56,529 nucleotides of DNA from positions 1-56,529 of the IMG/VR virus record IMGVR_UViG_3300032291_001333; one strand, given 5' to 3'. The translations under genes and the position numbers were made by a program. Numbering within the stretch: the stretch's first letter is position 1; the number at the start of each line of letters is the position of its first letter. The notes beneath the pieces are model-generated. The model was not told the DNA's origin, made no database searches, and saw nothing but the letters and a program-made list of their open reading frames with translations. This document shows positions 19,112 through 28,273 of this stretch, one piece after another. Source of the DNA: a virus (taxonomy: Duplodnaviria; Caudoviricetes).

Positions 19112-22100
19112 AGCTTGCGCTCCTCGACAACCAAGTCATCTGCGGTGATCTGACCGCCTTCTGCCATGAGCTTGACCTGACCGCCTTTTTTGTATCCGGC
19201 ATCCTCAAGTCGCTGCAAAGTCTCCCTATCAATTTCTTGGGTAACTTTGTTTCTATCCCAATCCATCACTCCGGGCTTTCTGCCCTTTGCTTTCTCAATG
19301 CGACTTACAAAGTCATGCATCAAAAGTTCTCTAGGAGTCATCTCGTAATGAACTCCAACATCCGCACCATGAATCATTTCCGGAAATGCCCGATGCAAGT
19401 CAGGGCGGAATGAAGTATCGCCTGATATTTGGAATGCTCTTGGACCAACCGATCCAGTTGGTGCGTCAGCAAGCATAGGCTCAGTTGATTTAGAGATTAT
19501 TTTGTCGTAATCAATAATCCGTCCCTTCTTACCGCCGACACCTTCGCCACCCAAAACTTCAGCGATAGCGGCCCTTCTTGTAAATGTATTGCCCTCATTA
19601 AATAGATTCGATGTCGATACATCAAAGCCTTCATCAAACAAAGGCAGTCCAGCATCATCCATGTAAAACTTTTGGTTTGTCAGTCGCTCATTGTATGCAT
19701 CACGCAACTCAGGAGTCAGCCTGCCCTCTTTTACAGCCCTATTGAATGCCTTGCGTATGTCGTCGTAAACAACTTGATTGGATCGGTGCATTTGCGCAGA
19801 ACCAATCTGAGGAGTGAATATCACGCCCGGAAACTCTTTCTGCAAATTGATCATCTTCGAAGCTGCCGCCTTACCTTTATTTGCCCACACGACATTTTCA
19901 TAAGCTGGGTCAACGGTAGATAACCAAGGGAAAAGCGGGCCACCCTTCTTTGATCCGGGGCCGGGTATTGCAACCATCCTGTCGGCGGGCGCAGTCAAGG
20001 CAATCCTTTCGCCAAGGAACTGCTCAAAAGCTTTGGATGCCTTTTTAGGCTCAGGAAGTATCTTGGGTATTGTGCTTCTTACATCCGCCTTATCAGCAGG
20101 CTTTGCAACAGACTTGATGCCCTCCCTAATAAGACCGCTTCTACCGCCACCTGCCATGCCACCTACAGCAAGCCTCATCGCGTCGATGGAGACTTGCCCA
20201 CCTTTCTTGTAATTCTTCATGGCGCGGACCAAATCTTCATGAGTTGTTTTTGATCCGCCAGCCTTATCCCATACAGCATGGTGCATCAAATGTTGATAAA
20301 AAGGCTTCAGGGATTCATCTATATCAGCGTTCATCGCCTCTTGCCTTGCAATCAAACGATCAACAGATTCATTCGCGGCAACAGGCTTTCCACCAACAAC
20401 TGGTCTAGTAAATTTTGCAAAATCAGGATGTGAGCTATATTTCCCCGTATGCAGCAAAACCTGCCTTGCATCAAGAGTCGGAAGATCGCCCCTTCCCAAC
20501 ATTGATCCGATAAAACCGCTTTTTGCAGGACCAATACCTTTTATATCCAGCATTAAATCTCTGTATTCAGGTATTGATGATGTTGCAAACTTATTCGCAA
20601 TATCAGAATTTTCTGCTGCGTAATTTATACCCCATCTTAATCTTTCGGTAAGCGCATTCGACATTCCAAACGGACTAAATTGCTCTTTTAATTGCTTTAG
20701 CGCATTTTCGTCAATAATGCCTTGTTCCGCTTTATCCAAAAAACGCTGCCCAGTTTTTGATCCAAGCCATTCAGCAAAGGCACCTTCAGGACGAACATAA
20801 TCTTGTTTAGGCAACTTCAAGCCAGCCTTGGTTGCCGTGCTATACGAACGACCCTCTCTGCCTATGCTTGATTGAGTAATTCCATACGCCTTTAAAAAAT
20901 CCCTAACACTCAAATCTCCAGCATTTGCTTTTTTAAGTTGATCGGCCATTAAACCGCCGAATTCTCCCTGAATATATTCAGGAATTTCTGATATGCCTAA
21001 TTCTTCTTGAACATCACCTAATGGACGCCATTTCCAGTTATTTATCTTTGATGATTTAGGGTCAATGTAATTATCAATATTTTTTGCGCCGCCTTTTGAC
21101 TGCGGAACAACAGGCAGCGCCATTCCTGTGCGCATCATGTATTGCTCGGCAAGCTCTCCAGCCTTCGGGGCTATTGCTTTAGCACCCTTCATCGCGCCCT
21201 TCGCTCCAGTCCCAACTCCGAAGCCTCCGAACAATGTCCCAATCTCTGCGGCACGTTGACCGACTTCATCATCAGCAGCGAACGGAATACGCTTCAGCAT
21301 CTCCTCGCTTGTCGGCAGCACATTCTCTTCGCTCACGCCCGGTATCAACATCCTGCCAATCGACTCGATGTCGCCGGGAAGCCCTGTGGTGCCAGCCGCC
21401 CAACCCCTAGCCAACTGAAGAGGGGAGATTGATACAGGCTTCTCCACCCTCTGCAAACGCTTGCTTCTGCGCAGCATGGCTTCGTTCGAAGTCGCCGCAC
21501 CGCCTTCAGCCTTACGGACTGCGCCGCCGTTCTTAAAAGGGAAGTCTTTGTCGCTTCCGTATTTTGGCTTCTTCGCCAGCACCAGCGGTCCGATCTGAAT
21601 GACTTCATCAGCGCCCAAAATCGGTGCCATCGTCTCGCGGTCGTAGAAGTATCCGTGACGCTCCGGATCGTAGCCAACCTGACGCCAGTCCTTATGCCTC
21701 AGATACTCCTGCGCACGCTTCACCGTTGACTCCTCGTCAAGCGGGTTCCATTCACCACGGATCACCGCGAACGGGGCCTTCGCCGTGTCGCCGGTCGCAA
21801 CCTTCAGTGCTTTATCGGCTGAAGGGATCATCTCAGCATTCTTCACCGCAGAAGTCGATCCATAAACGGTCGGCGCATTCTTACGATGGATGGAGTTCAC
21901 CCACACGCCATGCTGGCTGTATGAAGGAATATCCAAACGAAGATCGGCTCGCTCTCCGGCACCGATTTCGGCGGACTTCCCGAATTGCCCCTTCTTGTTC
22001 GAAGTCAATGCAGCAATAGCCTCTTCAGCGGTCGCAGGCTTCGGAACAAAGTCATATGGCGTTACGGGCTTCACACGGTTCACAAGCTCCGCATACTGCT

Positions 22101-22941
22101 CTCGCGTTAGCTTGCCCTCCCTCAACAGATTCGCAGCCTCGGTCAATGCGGGGATGCGCTTCGTTACATCCTTGAAATTCATATCAATGCGGCTGACCTC
22201 AGGCTTCTTGGCCTTCGCAGCCAACTCAGCGGCCATGTCGGCAACAGACTTGGCTATTCCGACCTTACCCATCCTCACTGCGCCGCCCTTCTGGTAGACG
22301 TCAGGCAACTCAATAGCCGGTCGAATGATCGCGCCCTCAGGGGTTAAATCATTCTCAGGCGTCACCATCCGGCCATGCTTCTCAAGCTCTTCCCTCATGG
22401 CGTCAATGTATTCATCACGATACCTGCGCGGGAAGTCTTCCCTCAGACCTGATCTCGGAAGGAACTGCACAAGACCAGCCTGCTCACCAGCAGCATCAAG
22501 CGCCCTGTTTCTATGCCGACCTTCATGTCCGGTGATAACAAGGCTTGATTTGCCTTTCTTTCCCTGCAGCTTGTTGACGTCAAGGAATGGGACGTCGCTA
22601 AATTTTTGCTTTGCCAGATATTGAAGATATTGCTCTTCAGTGCCGCCCTCCGGGAATCCTTCGGGCTTGCCAAAGAAAAACCTCTTCGCCTCTTTAGGCT
22701 GATAATCCAGAGGCTTTGCGTAACGCTCAAAGTCGCCGGGGCGCATCGTCATGATCCCCTTGGCGTTATCCCCACGGAACAATTGATCCAGCGCATCCTT
22801 CTGATACAGCCGCTCAAGGTTAGGCACCTCATCGGCTGCGCGTTCAAGGCGCTTCGCCTCATATGATCCGCGAGACTGCTTGATCTCCTTGATCATGTCA
22901 GCGATGGACTTGCTGAGAATCTTCCCCTTACTCATGCTCAC
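19108..22941 (-). CDS. Multi-domain polyvalent-type virion protein (ParB/Srx-like, HhH-like and two unknown domains)
   Basis: 1277 aa between terL and portal; domains separated by YQKGGAV, FKNGGAVRKAEGG, YKKGGQV, YKKGGQVKLMAEGG. Confidence 0.7.
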   Translation of the reverse strand: MSMSKGKILSKSIADMIKEIKQSRGSYEAKRLERAADEVPNLERLYQKDALDQLFRGDNAKGIMTMRPGDFERYAKPLDYQPKEAKRFFFGKPEGFPEGGTEEQYLQYLAKQKFSDVPFLDVNKLQGKKGKSSLVITGHEGRHRNRALDAAGEQAGLVQFLPRSGLREDFPRRYRDEYIDAMREELEKHGRMVTPENDLTPEGAIIRPAIELPDVYQKGGAVRMGKVGIAKSVADMAAELAAKAKKPEVSRIDMNFKDVTKRIPALTEAANLLREGKLTREQYAELVNRVKPVTPYDFVPKPATAEEAIAALTSNKKGQFGKSAEIGAGERADLRLDIPSYSQHGVWVNSIHRKNAPTVYGSTSAVKNAEMIPSADKALKVATGDTAKAPFAVIRGEWNPLDEESTVKRAQEYLRHKDWRQVGYDPERHGYFYDRETMAPILGADEVIQIGPLVLAKKPKYGSDKDFPFKNGGAVRKAEGGAATSNEAMLRRSKRLQRVEKPVSISPLQLARGWAAGTTGLPGDIESIGRMLIPGVSEENVLPTSEEMLKRIPFAADDEVGQRAAEIGTLFGGFGVGTGAKGAMKGAKAIAPKAGELAEQYMMRTGMALPVVPQSKGGAKNIDNYIDPKSSKINNWKWRPLGDVQEELGISEIPEYIQGEFGGLMADQLKKANAGDLSVRDFLKAYGITQSSIGREGRSYSTATKAGLKLPKQDYVRPEGAFAEWLGSKTGQRFLDKAEQGIIDENALKQLKEQFSPFGMSNALTERLRWGINYAAENSDIANKFATSSIPEYRDLMLDIKGIGPAKSGFIGSMLGRGDLPTLDARQVLLHTGKYSSHPDFAKFTRPVVGGKPVAANESVDRLIARQEAMNADIDESLKPFYQHLMHHAVWDKAGGSKTTHEDLVRAMKNYKKGGQVSIDAMRLAVGGMAGGGRSGLIREGIKSVAKPADKADVRSTIPKILPEPKKASKAFEQFLGERIALTAPADRMVAIPGPGSKKGGPLFPWLSTVDPAYENVVWANKGKAAASKMINLQKEFPGVIFTPQIGSAQMHRSNQVVYDDIRKAFNRAVKEGRLTPELRDAYNERLTNQKFYMDDAGLPLFDEGFDVSTSNLFNEGNTFTRRAAIAEVLGGEGVGGKKGRIIDYDKIISKSTEPMLADAPTGSVGPRAFQISGDTSFRPDLHRAFPEMIHGADVGVHYEMTPRELLMHDFVSRIEKAKGRKPGVMDWDRNKVTQEIDRETLQRLEDAGYKKGGQVKLMAEGGQITADDLVVEERKL

Positions 22942-24362
22942 ACCGCATATGGATTCTGCCTTGTGTCGTGACCAATCTCTTTGAGGTAGTCGGCGTATTC
23001 TTCTGAGTCATCTTCCCTTGGCGGTGGGTCAATCTCCAAGAATCCCTGATCCTTGAGATATCGCAATGCCTGTGTTGCGCTGTCAACGTAGTCGTCATGC
23101 GTCGAGTCCGGAAATGAACATATCTGGCTCAGGAAACCTTCACACCAGTCTCGCACATATCCCTTCCTCTGGCTACTTTCAGGAAGCCATACGCGCCCAG
23201 CGACGAAGATCGACGCCGTGATCTGCAGCCTCTGCATCTTGTCTGCGCGTCCGGGGTTCCAGCCCATCACCGGCAAATGCGCCTTCCTCAGTTCCTGTAT
23301 CAAGGAAAGCCCTGCCGCCTTCTCTTCGATCAGGATCATGTCGGGTCGCTTAGCATCCTTCCCTTCACCATATACGCAACGGAACTCATCGATGGCCTTC
23401 TGCTTCAGGCCGGGGAACTCCAGATGCTCAGCCCAGCAGTCGATCAGCAGGACGCTCCACGGTCCGTCCTGAGGCTTGAATACGCCCCATGTCGTGTTCG
23501 CTGTGGGATCGTTGTGCTGCTTCTCGGTGTAGGCGCAGTCGTAGGACTGGATAATGTATTCGAAGCGAGGGAAGGGCTTCCCATGAGGCCAGAGCTTGAA
23601 CATATCGCGGTTGACCACCTTCCCTTCTTCAAGGTCGATAATCTCCGCATAAATCTCCTGCCGCCCTAGCTTCGTCCCCTCATACTGCAGAATCTGACGC
23701 TTGAAGTTATCCGCCAGATTGTCGAGGTTCGCGTAGGTCGAGGCCGTGGTCATCACCACATCGTCGCCCTCGCGCTCGGTCAACTCGATGATCACATCCT
23801 TCGGTTGGGGCGTCGTCGTGATCAGGATGCGCGTCTTCGTCCCCAATCGGACGCTGAACTGAATCTGGTCCCATGCCTCGCGCAGATACTCCCATGCAGC
23901 CAACTCGTCGCACCAGCCACCGTGGAACTGTGGACCGCGAAACCGTGAAGGCTCGGACGCCGGTATCCCTTTGATCAGGCTACCGTTGAACAGCATTAGC
24001 TCATGCAGCGCCTTGTTGTAGTCCTTTATCAGTTCCTGAGGGATCACGGACAGCAGTCCTGAGTCGCCCTCAAAGCAGGTGGACCGGACGTCCGAGGATG
24101 TCGGCGCACTGACCAGCCAACGGGTGCCGGGGTTACACCATGCCCACCAGCCAAGCTGCTCTGCCGCCGTCCTTGTCTTACCTGCTCCTCGGCCCGCCAA
24201 CATCATCCAGATCGACCACCATTCGCCTTCCGGCACGATCTGGTGTTGGTGGGCCTTCGCCAGCCAGCCAAGTCTCCAGCTTGATGCTATGCGATCCGTG
24301 ACGGACATCTCACGGAATGCTGCCTGCGTCTCAGGCTTGGCTAGGACCTTGGCTACGTCCAT
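22938..24362 (-). CDS. terL: Terminase large subunit
   Basis: Walker A AGRGAGKT, RGPQF...WCDELAAW (Walker B), TTTP, QSYDCA and HDDYVD RNase-H nuclease motifs. Confidence 0.96.
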   Translation of the reverse strand: MDVAKVLAKPETQAAFREMSVTDRIASSWRLGWLAKAHQHQIVPEGEWWSIWMMLAGRGAGKTRTAAEQLGWWAWCNPGTRWLVSAPTSSDVRSTCFEGDSGLLSVIPQELIKDYNKALHELMLFNGSLIKGIPASEPSRFRGPQFHGGWCDELAAWEYLREAWDQIQFSVRLGTKTRILITTTPQPKDVIIELTEREGDDVVMTTASTYANLDNLADNFKRQILQYEGTKLGRQEIYAEIIDLEEGKVVNRDMFKLWPHGKPFPRFEYIIQSYDCAYTEKQHNDPTANTTWGVFKPQDGPWSVLLIDCWAEHLEFPGLKQKAIDEFRCVYGEGKDAKRPDMILIEEKAAGLSLIQELRKAHLPVMGWNPGRADKMQRLQITASIFVAGRVWLPESSQRKGYVRDWCEGFLSQICSFPDSTHDDYVDSATQALRYLKDQGFLEIDPPPREDDSEEYADYLKEIGHDTRQNPYAV

Positions 24363-24946
24363 CAGGACTTCTTGCGTCTTGCCGCCTCAAGCGCCTCGAT
24401 CACGCCGTCGAACATCTCCTTGGCCTTCAGTTCAGTCTCTAGCCGGAGCGGGTTCTCCTTGTCGCCTGACAGCTTCAGGGCATCCCCATACTTCTTCGGA
24501 TTGAACTTCGCCAGCAGCTTCAGGCGCGTCTCTACCTGCAGTTTGCGGTGGCCCAGCATGTCCACCTTCTTGATGGTCACACGCTTCACGCCATCTTCAT
24601 CTTCAGTCTCAGTTACCTCCTCCCCATACATCGGAGTGTCGGCAATCCTGAAGCAGTCTTCAGCTATTGCGTCCCAGCCTAAGTCTCTGGAGTTCGCGAT
24701 GGCTGCGGTAAGGTCCTCATCCTGATACATCCAATCGTAGACAGTCCTCCATGCTGGCATGCCCGGTTGTCTACAGATTTCACGTAGTGGAATGCCCTCG
24801 GATAGCTGCTCACAGATTGATTCTGCCTTTATGGGATCGTAGGTAGAGGGTCTACCTGTAGGCTTTACCGGCGCGGTGCCTTGGTCTTTCTTTGCGCGGG
24901 AGGGTTTCTTTGGCCGCTCCCGCTTTTCAGCGTCTTGCTTTGCCAT
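24362..24946 (-). CDS. terS: Terminase small subunit
   Basis: GRPSTY...ICEQLSEG.PLREIC...MP...TVYDW HTH; RKLQVETRLKLLAK..PKKYGD; abuts terL. Confidence 0.9.
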   Translation of the reverse strand: MAKQDAEKRERPKKPSRAKKDQGTAPVKPTGRPSTYDPIKAESICEQLSEGIPLREICRQPGMPAWRTVYDWMYQDEDLTAAIANSRDLGWDAIAEDCFRIADTPMYGEEVTETEDEDGVKRVTIKKVDMLGHRKLQVETRLKLLAKFNPKKYGDALKLSGDKENPLRLETELKAKEMFDGVIEALEAARRKKS

Positions 24947-24975
24947 GATTGCTTCCTTGATCGAATGATTGGGTG

Positions 24976-24984
24976 ATTATACCA
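24976..24984 (-). promoter_or_regulatory. Extended -10 promoter (TGGTATAAT) for the late operon
   Basis: TGnTATAAT 30 bp upstream of the terS ATG. Confidence 0.55.
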
Positions 24985-24987
24985 CCC

Positions 24988-25302
24988 TCACATTTTAGCC
25001 ACACATTCGACTATGGCGCGGTTGAGGTCGGGCGATGTCGCGCTGTAAATCGTATTCATTATCCGAATAGATGCCCCACAATGATCATGCCTACCTTGGT
25101 CTATGCAGATATTAAATCGCTTCACCAGCGCCATTGCTTGCGCGTCATCGTGGAGGGGGTCGTAAACTGTGTGGCCGCTCCTATCGTTAATCGCAAGGAT
25201 TGAACAATGGCTTACCTTGTAGGCAACTGATTTCGTCGCCAATCCATCTGGCTTCATGCCCATCTTTTCAGCGCATCGTTTAGTCATCTCCAAATCAGTC
25301 AT
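24988..25302 (-). CDS. Hypothetical protein (possibly NinX-like)
   Basis: YDPLHDDAQAMALV...LNRAIVEC motif; likely ATG at 25302 (ATGA overlap). Confidence 0.6.
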   Translation of the reverse strand: MTDLEMTKRCAEKMGMKPDGLATKSVAYKVSHCSILAINDRSGHTVYDPLHDDAQAMALVKRFNICIDQGRHDHCGASIRIMNTIYSATSPDLNRAIVECVAKM

Positions 25303-25724
25303 GGCTTCTCTCCGGTTTCTTGCGCACATACCTTATCGTCAAAAGCCCCCGGAATAGCAACCCTTGTGCGGATCACTAGGGCGGTATCTCCGGTGCGCTT
25401 TTCATTGGCCTGAACCATCTCGATCCGGTTAGAAAGCCTCCAATAGAGTATCGGGCGGTCTTTGCCGGTGTCCTTGCGAGCTTGGTCAAGAGTCATTGCG
25501 ATCAACTGACATGCCCCAGCGATCCGACCTTTGCGCTCCTGCTCTGGGAAGTGTGTAAGGTCCAAGCCAATCAACGGGACGCGCTCTATGATGGAATGAT
25601 AAGCCAGCATTCTTCCTTCGTGCGGCGCGTTCGGGGCCTGTGCGCCTTGGATGCATTCGAAGTTATATGTCACCCACTCGATCAGGCTTTTGACATCATC
25701 GATTGCTTTAATTTCACGACCCAT
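25299..25724 (-). CDS. Hypothetical protein
   Basis: 141 aa, overlaps neighbours in the operon. Confidence 0.65.
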   Translation of the reverse strand: MGREIKAIDDVKSLIEWVTYNFECIQGAQAPNAPHEGRMLAYHSIIERVPLIGLDLTHFPEQERKGRIAGACQLIAMTLDQARKDTGKDRPILYWRLSNRIEMVQANEKRTGDTALVIRTRVAIPGAFDDKVCAQETGEKP

Positions 25725-25941
25725 TTTTCTTCCCCTTTTCGTTCATCCATTCAAGCATCTTGTGGCTGTCCGGATCATGCAGCGAACGCATCCAAAGCAT
25801 GTGCCGTATTTTACCATTAAGTCGTTGATCCACATCGTTAAAGAAGGAAATAAATTCCTTGCCTGTTGTCAGAGTTCCGCCTATCCAACCAAGCATTCCG
25901 CAGATCAATCCTGCAGCCAGAATGAACCATTCGATATCCAT
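25714..25941 (-). CDS. Small membrane protein
   Basis: 75 aa, N-terminal hydrophobic helix. Confidence 0.6.
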   Translation of the reverse strand: MDIEWFILAAGLICGMLGWIGGTLTTGKEFISFFNDVDQRLNGKIRHMLWMRSLHDPDSHKMLEWMNEKGKKNGS

Positions 25942-26120
25942 CAGAGTTCTCCTCCAGCGTTAAGCATGCCACGGACATCAGCAGCCTCTACACGCTTCAC
26001 CTTGTTTCGCTTCAGAAACTCGCAATACTCAAACGACCAGCGAATTTCCCCAGACATCACCTGACGGTATACGCCCTCAGGGAAAAGCAGCGGCGAGTTT
26101 ACGAATACGGTTTCCATCAT
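25941..26120 (-). CDS. Hypothetical protein
   Basis: Likely start MMETVF at 26120 after GGGGG RBS; ATGA overlap. Confidence 0.55.
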   Translation of the reverse strand: MMETVFVNSPLLFPEGVYRQVMSGEIRWSFEYCEFLKRNKVKRVEAADVRGMLNAGGEL

Positions 26121-26443
26121 TCCCCCTTGGCTTTCTTGATTGCGGCTTTGGCTGTCTTCCAATACTTGTCAATAGCAGAACCTTTGGCGTAATCGACAAT
26201 TCCATTCTTCAAATCTCTGTCATTTACCTCCACCAGCGCCTCAAGCGCCCCTAACAGTTCCGGTGCAGCGGCAATCAAGCGGGCGTTTGCTTCCATCGGC
26301 TTAAAATAACCGCTATCTGTGAATAACATGGTCTGTCCGTTAGCCGCCTCGACAGACATTATTTCCGTGTCATCAGCGTCGCCGGTATATTTGCTTGATC
26401 GAACTATCCGCCACGGTCCCGGTGTGTGTTTATCTTCCATCAC
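26117..26443 (-). CDS. Phage early hypothetical protein (HTPGPW / ANARLIAAAPEL family)
   Basis: Motifs KHTPGPW and ANARLIAAAPELL. Confidence 0.8.
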   Translation of the reverse strand: MMEDKHTPGPWRIVRSSKYTGDADDTEIMSVEAANGQTMLFTDSGYFKPMEANARLIAAAPELLGALEALVEVNDRDLKNGIVDYAKGSAIDKYWKTAKAAIKKAKGE

Positions 26444-26601
26444 AGTTGCTCCACAGCAATGTCAGATACCCTGCCAATCCTTTCGTCTGACCTCAATCGA
26501 TTCATATATGAGTCCAGAGCATCCTCAGATACGCGAAACTTGCCAACAGTGTTGCCGTGAATTTCGTGGTCAAAAGAAAACGTGATTTCATATGTATTCA
26601 T
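26440..26601 (-). CDS. Hypothetical protein
   Basis: Likely start MNTYEITF at 26601 after GGAG. Confidence 0.6.
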   Translation of the reverse strand: MNTYEITFSFDHEIHGNTVGKFRVSEDALDSYMNRLRSDERIGRVSDIAVEQL

Positions 26602-26653
26602 GATCATCTCCAAGTTGATTTCCAGAGGAAGGGGCCGAAGCCCCATGTCGTTT

Positions 26654-26962
26654 TTAGAAGTTGTAGTCGTAAAACTTGACCGGCTCGTCGCTCAGAGCAA
26701 ACCTGCGACCATGCGCATCCTTCCAACCTTTCTTGCCAAGACGGATGCGGATCACGCGGTTCTCTGGATTACTGGTGATAAACCACTTCTGATCACTCTG
26801 GTTGCTGCAGTGGGCGCTGAAACCTCCGGGAATAAACTCCAGCTTCACGCTGTCGTCCCGCTTGGCATCCATCTCTCTAATCTCGATGGTCTTCTCGCTA
26901 ATCACGCGAACCACTTCGTAAGGGTCAACGTCGCTCCAGCCAATATGATTTGCGTAGTTCAT
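26654..26962 (-). CDS. Phage early hypothetical protein
   Basis: 102 aa, AGGAG RBS, WSDVDPYEVV and KFYDYNF motifs. Confidence 0.8.
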   Translation of the reverse strand: MNYANHIGWSDVDPYEVVRVISEKTIEIREMDAKRDDSVKLEFIPGGFSAHCSNQSDQKWFITSNPENRVIRIRLGKKGWKDAHGRRFALSDEPVKFYDYNF

Positions 26963-27003
26963 CTCTCTTCTCCTATTGGGGGCCGTAGCCCCCGTCTGAT
27001 TTA

Positions 27004-27216
27004 TTAGTAAGGGATTTCGTCTTCGGAAGGGACGCCGGGGAGATAAGCGCCGTCATCTTCATCAAAATCTTCATCCTCAGGATGACGGACTTCTGGACCT
27101 TCGTAAAACGGATTACGTTCCCAAGTATCAAAGGGGCTGAGAATCCAAGCGCAATCACGGTTATCACGGCCATGCTCTTGCGCGTATTCTTGAACGGCTT
27201 CTTGAAGGTAGCTCAT
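27004..27216 (-). CDS. Acidic early hypothetical protein
   Basis: GAGGAG RBS; AWILSPFDTWERNPFYEGP motif; first gene after a promoter. Confidence 0.8.
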   Translation of the reverse strand: MSYLQEAVQEYAQEHGRDNRDCAWILSPFDTWERNPFYEGPEVRHPEDEDFDEDDGAYLPGVPSEDEIPY

Positions 27217-27260
27217 CTCTCTTCTCCTCTATTCATCTCACTGCACATGCAGTGATTGAG

Positions 27261-27288
27261 ATAATACGCCTTTCCGTATGCATGTCAA
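27261..27288 (-). promoter_or_regulatory. sigma70 promoter (TTGACA-N16-TATTAT)
   Basis: -35 at 27288-27283, -10 at 27266-27261, preceded by GGCG. Confidence 0.8.
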
Positions 27289-27297
27289 CATTATTTT

Positions 27298-27313
27298 CTT
27301 GACCTAGGTCAAG
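27298..27313. promoter_or_regulatory. Palindromic operator CTTGACCTAGGTCAAG
   Basis: Perfect 16-bp palindrome; 14-bp core repeated at 32816-32829 in the same position relative to a promoter. Confidence 0.7.
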
Positions 27314-27323
27314 TTTCTGAAAA

Positions 27324-28103
27324 TTAGGCAACTTCCAGCATCTTCGGGCGCTGGATCGTGGTTTGGCATACCCCGTCCCGCATGTCGTGGGCCTTGACCG
27401 TAGCCTTCAGCATGACAGCCTCGCCCTGCTGGCCGATGTCGGACAGGCCCTTGTAGACCAGCACGTTACCGGCCTCGTCCCGCAGCAGGGTGATGTAGTT
27501 GACGCCGTAGCCGTAGTCCGGGAGGACGATGATCCGCTCGACCTTCACCATCGTTGTGATCTTGTCGCCTACATTGCCCACAAAGGCGCTGGTTGCATTC
27601 GCCGCCCGCTTGGCTATCTCGCCCTCAACCAGCCCGATCTGACGCGCTGTAGGGGCCATAAGGCGGCGCAGGAAGTCTTTGCAGAATGCGACCCAGAACT
27701 CGCCGTCCAGACTTTCCAGCTTGCGCAGGAACTCGGCGTTCTCTGCGCGGAAGGCAACCAGCTTGGCGGCGCGTTCAACTTCTGCTTTCTCAAAGGCGAT
27801 CCGGCTGGCCTCGGCCTTGCGGGCGGCGCGAGTCTCGGCAGCCTTGTTGATCTGCGCCAGCTTCTCAGCCGTGTAGAGCTTTGCCTCGACATGGCGACGG
27901 ACGCCAGTGTTGCCGCAGGTCCAGCATTCAAAGCCGGTGTGGCTGTAGGGTCTACCGTTGTTTGTCCCCATAATCCACAGGCGCTGTCCGTTGATCACAT
28001 GGCAACGGTCGCAAGTGATTGCCTTGGTGTAGGTCAGACGACCTTTCTCGTCCGTGTTGACGGTGCCGGTGAACTCTTGGCCTTCGCGGGTGAACAGTTT
28101 CAT
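27324..28103 (-). CDS. Early protein with Zn-binding CxxC pairs and C-terminal OB-fold-like domain
   Basis: CDRC...CWTC; FVGNVGDKI...LKATVKAH...QTTIQRPK; likely ATG at 28103. Confidence 0.75.
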   Translation of the reverse strand: MKLFTREGQEFTGTVNTDEKGRLTYTKAITCDRCHVINGQRLWIMGTNNGRPYSHTGFECWTCGNTGVRRHVEAKLYTAEKLAQINKAAETRAARKAEASRIAFEKAEVERAAKLVAFRAENAEFLRKLESLDGEFWVAFCKDFLRRLMAPTARQIGLVEGEIAKRAANATSAFVGNVGDKITTMVKVERIIVLPDYGYGVNYITLLRDEAGNVLVYKGLSDIGQQGEAVMLKATVKAHDMRDGVCQTTIQRPKMLEVA

Positions 28104-28137
28104 CTCTTTTCCTCTCACATCGGTTGAATGTGAGCCA

Positions 28138-28165
28138 ATTATACGCCTTGCCGTATGTCTGTCAA
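28138..28165 (-). promoter_or_regulatory. sigma70 promoter (TTGACA-N16-TATAAT)
   Basis: Consensus hexamers at 28165-28160 and 28143-28138. Confidence 0.85.
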
Positions 28166-28191
28166 CACCCTATTTTTTGAAAGTGCCTTCA

Positions 28192-28241
28192 TTGATTTAT
28201 AAGGCTTTTTTGGCATTTAATTACGCAATTTTGCGTAATTA
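28192..28241. repeat. 50-bp palindrome-containing element, copy A
   Basis: Its reverse complement matches 38392-38441 at 47/50; core TTAATTACGCAA-tt-TTGCGTAATTAA. Confidence 0.9.
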
Positions 28242-28273
28242 ATTTCAAATTCATACGGAAAGGCGCACAGGTT

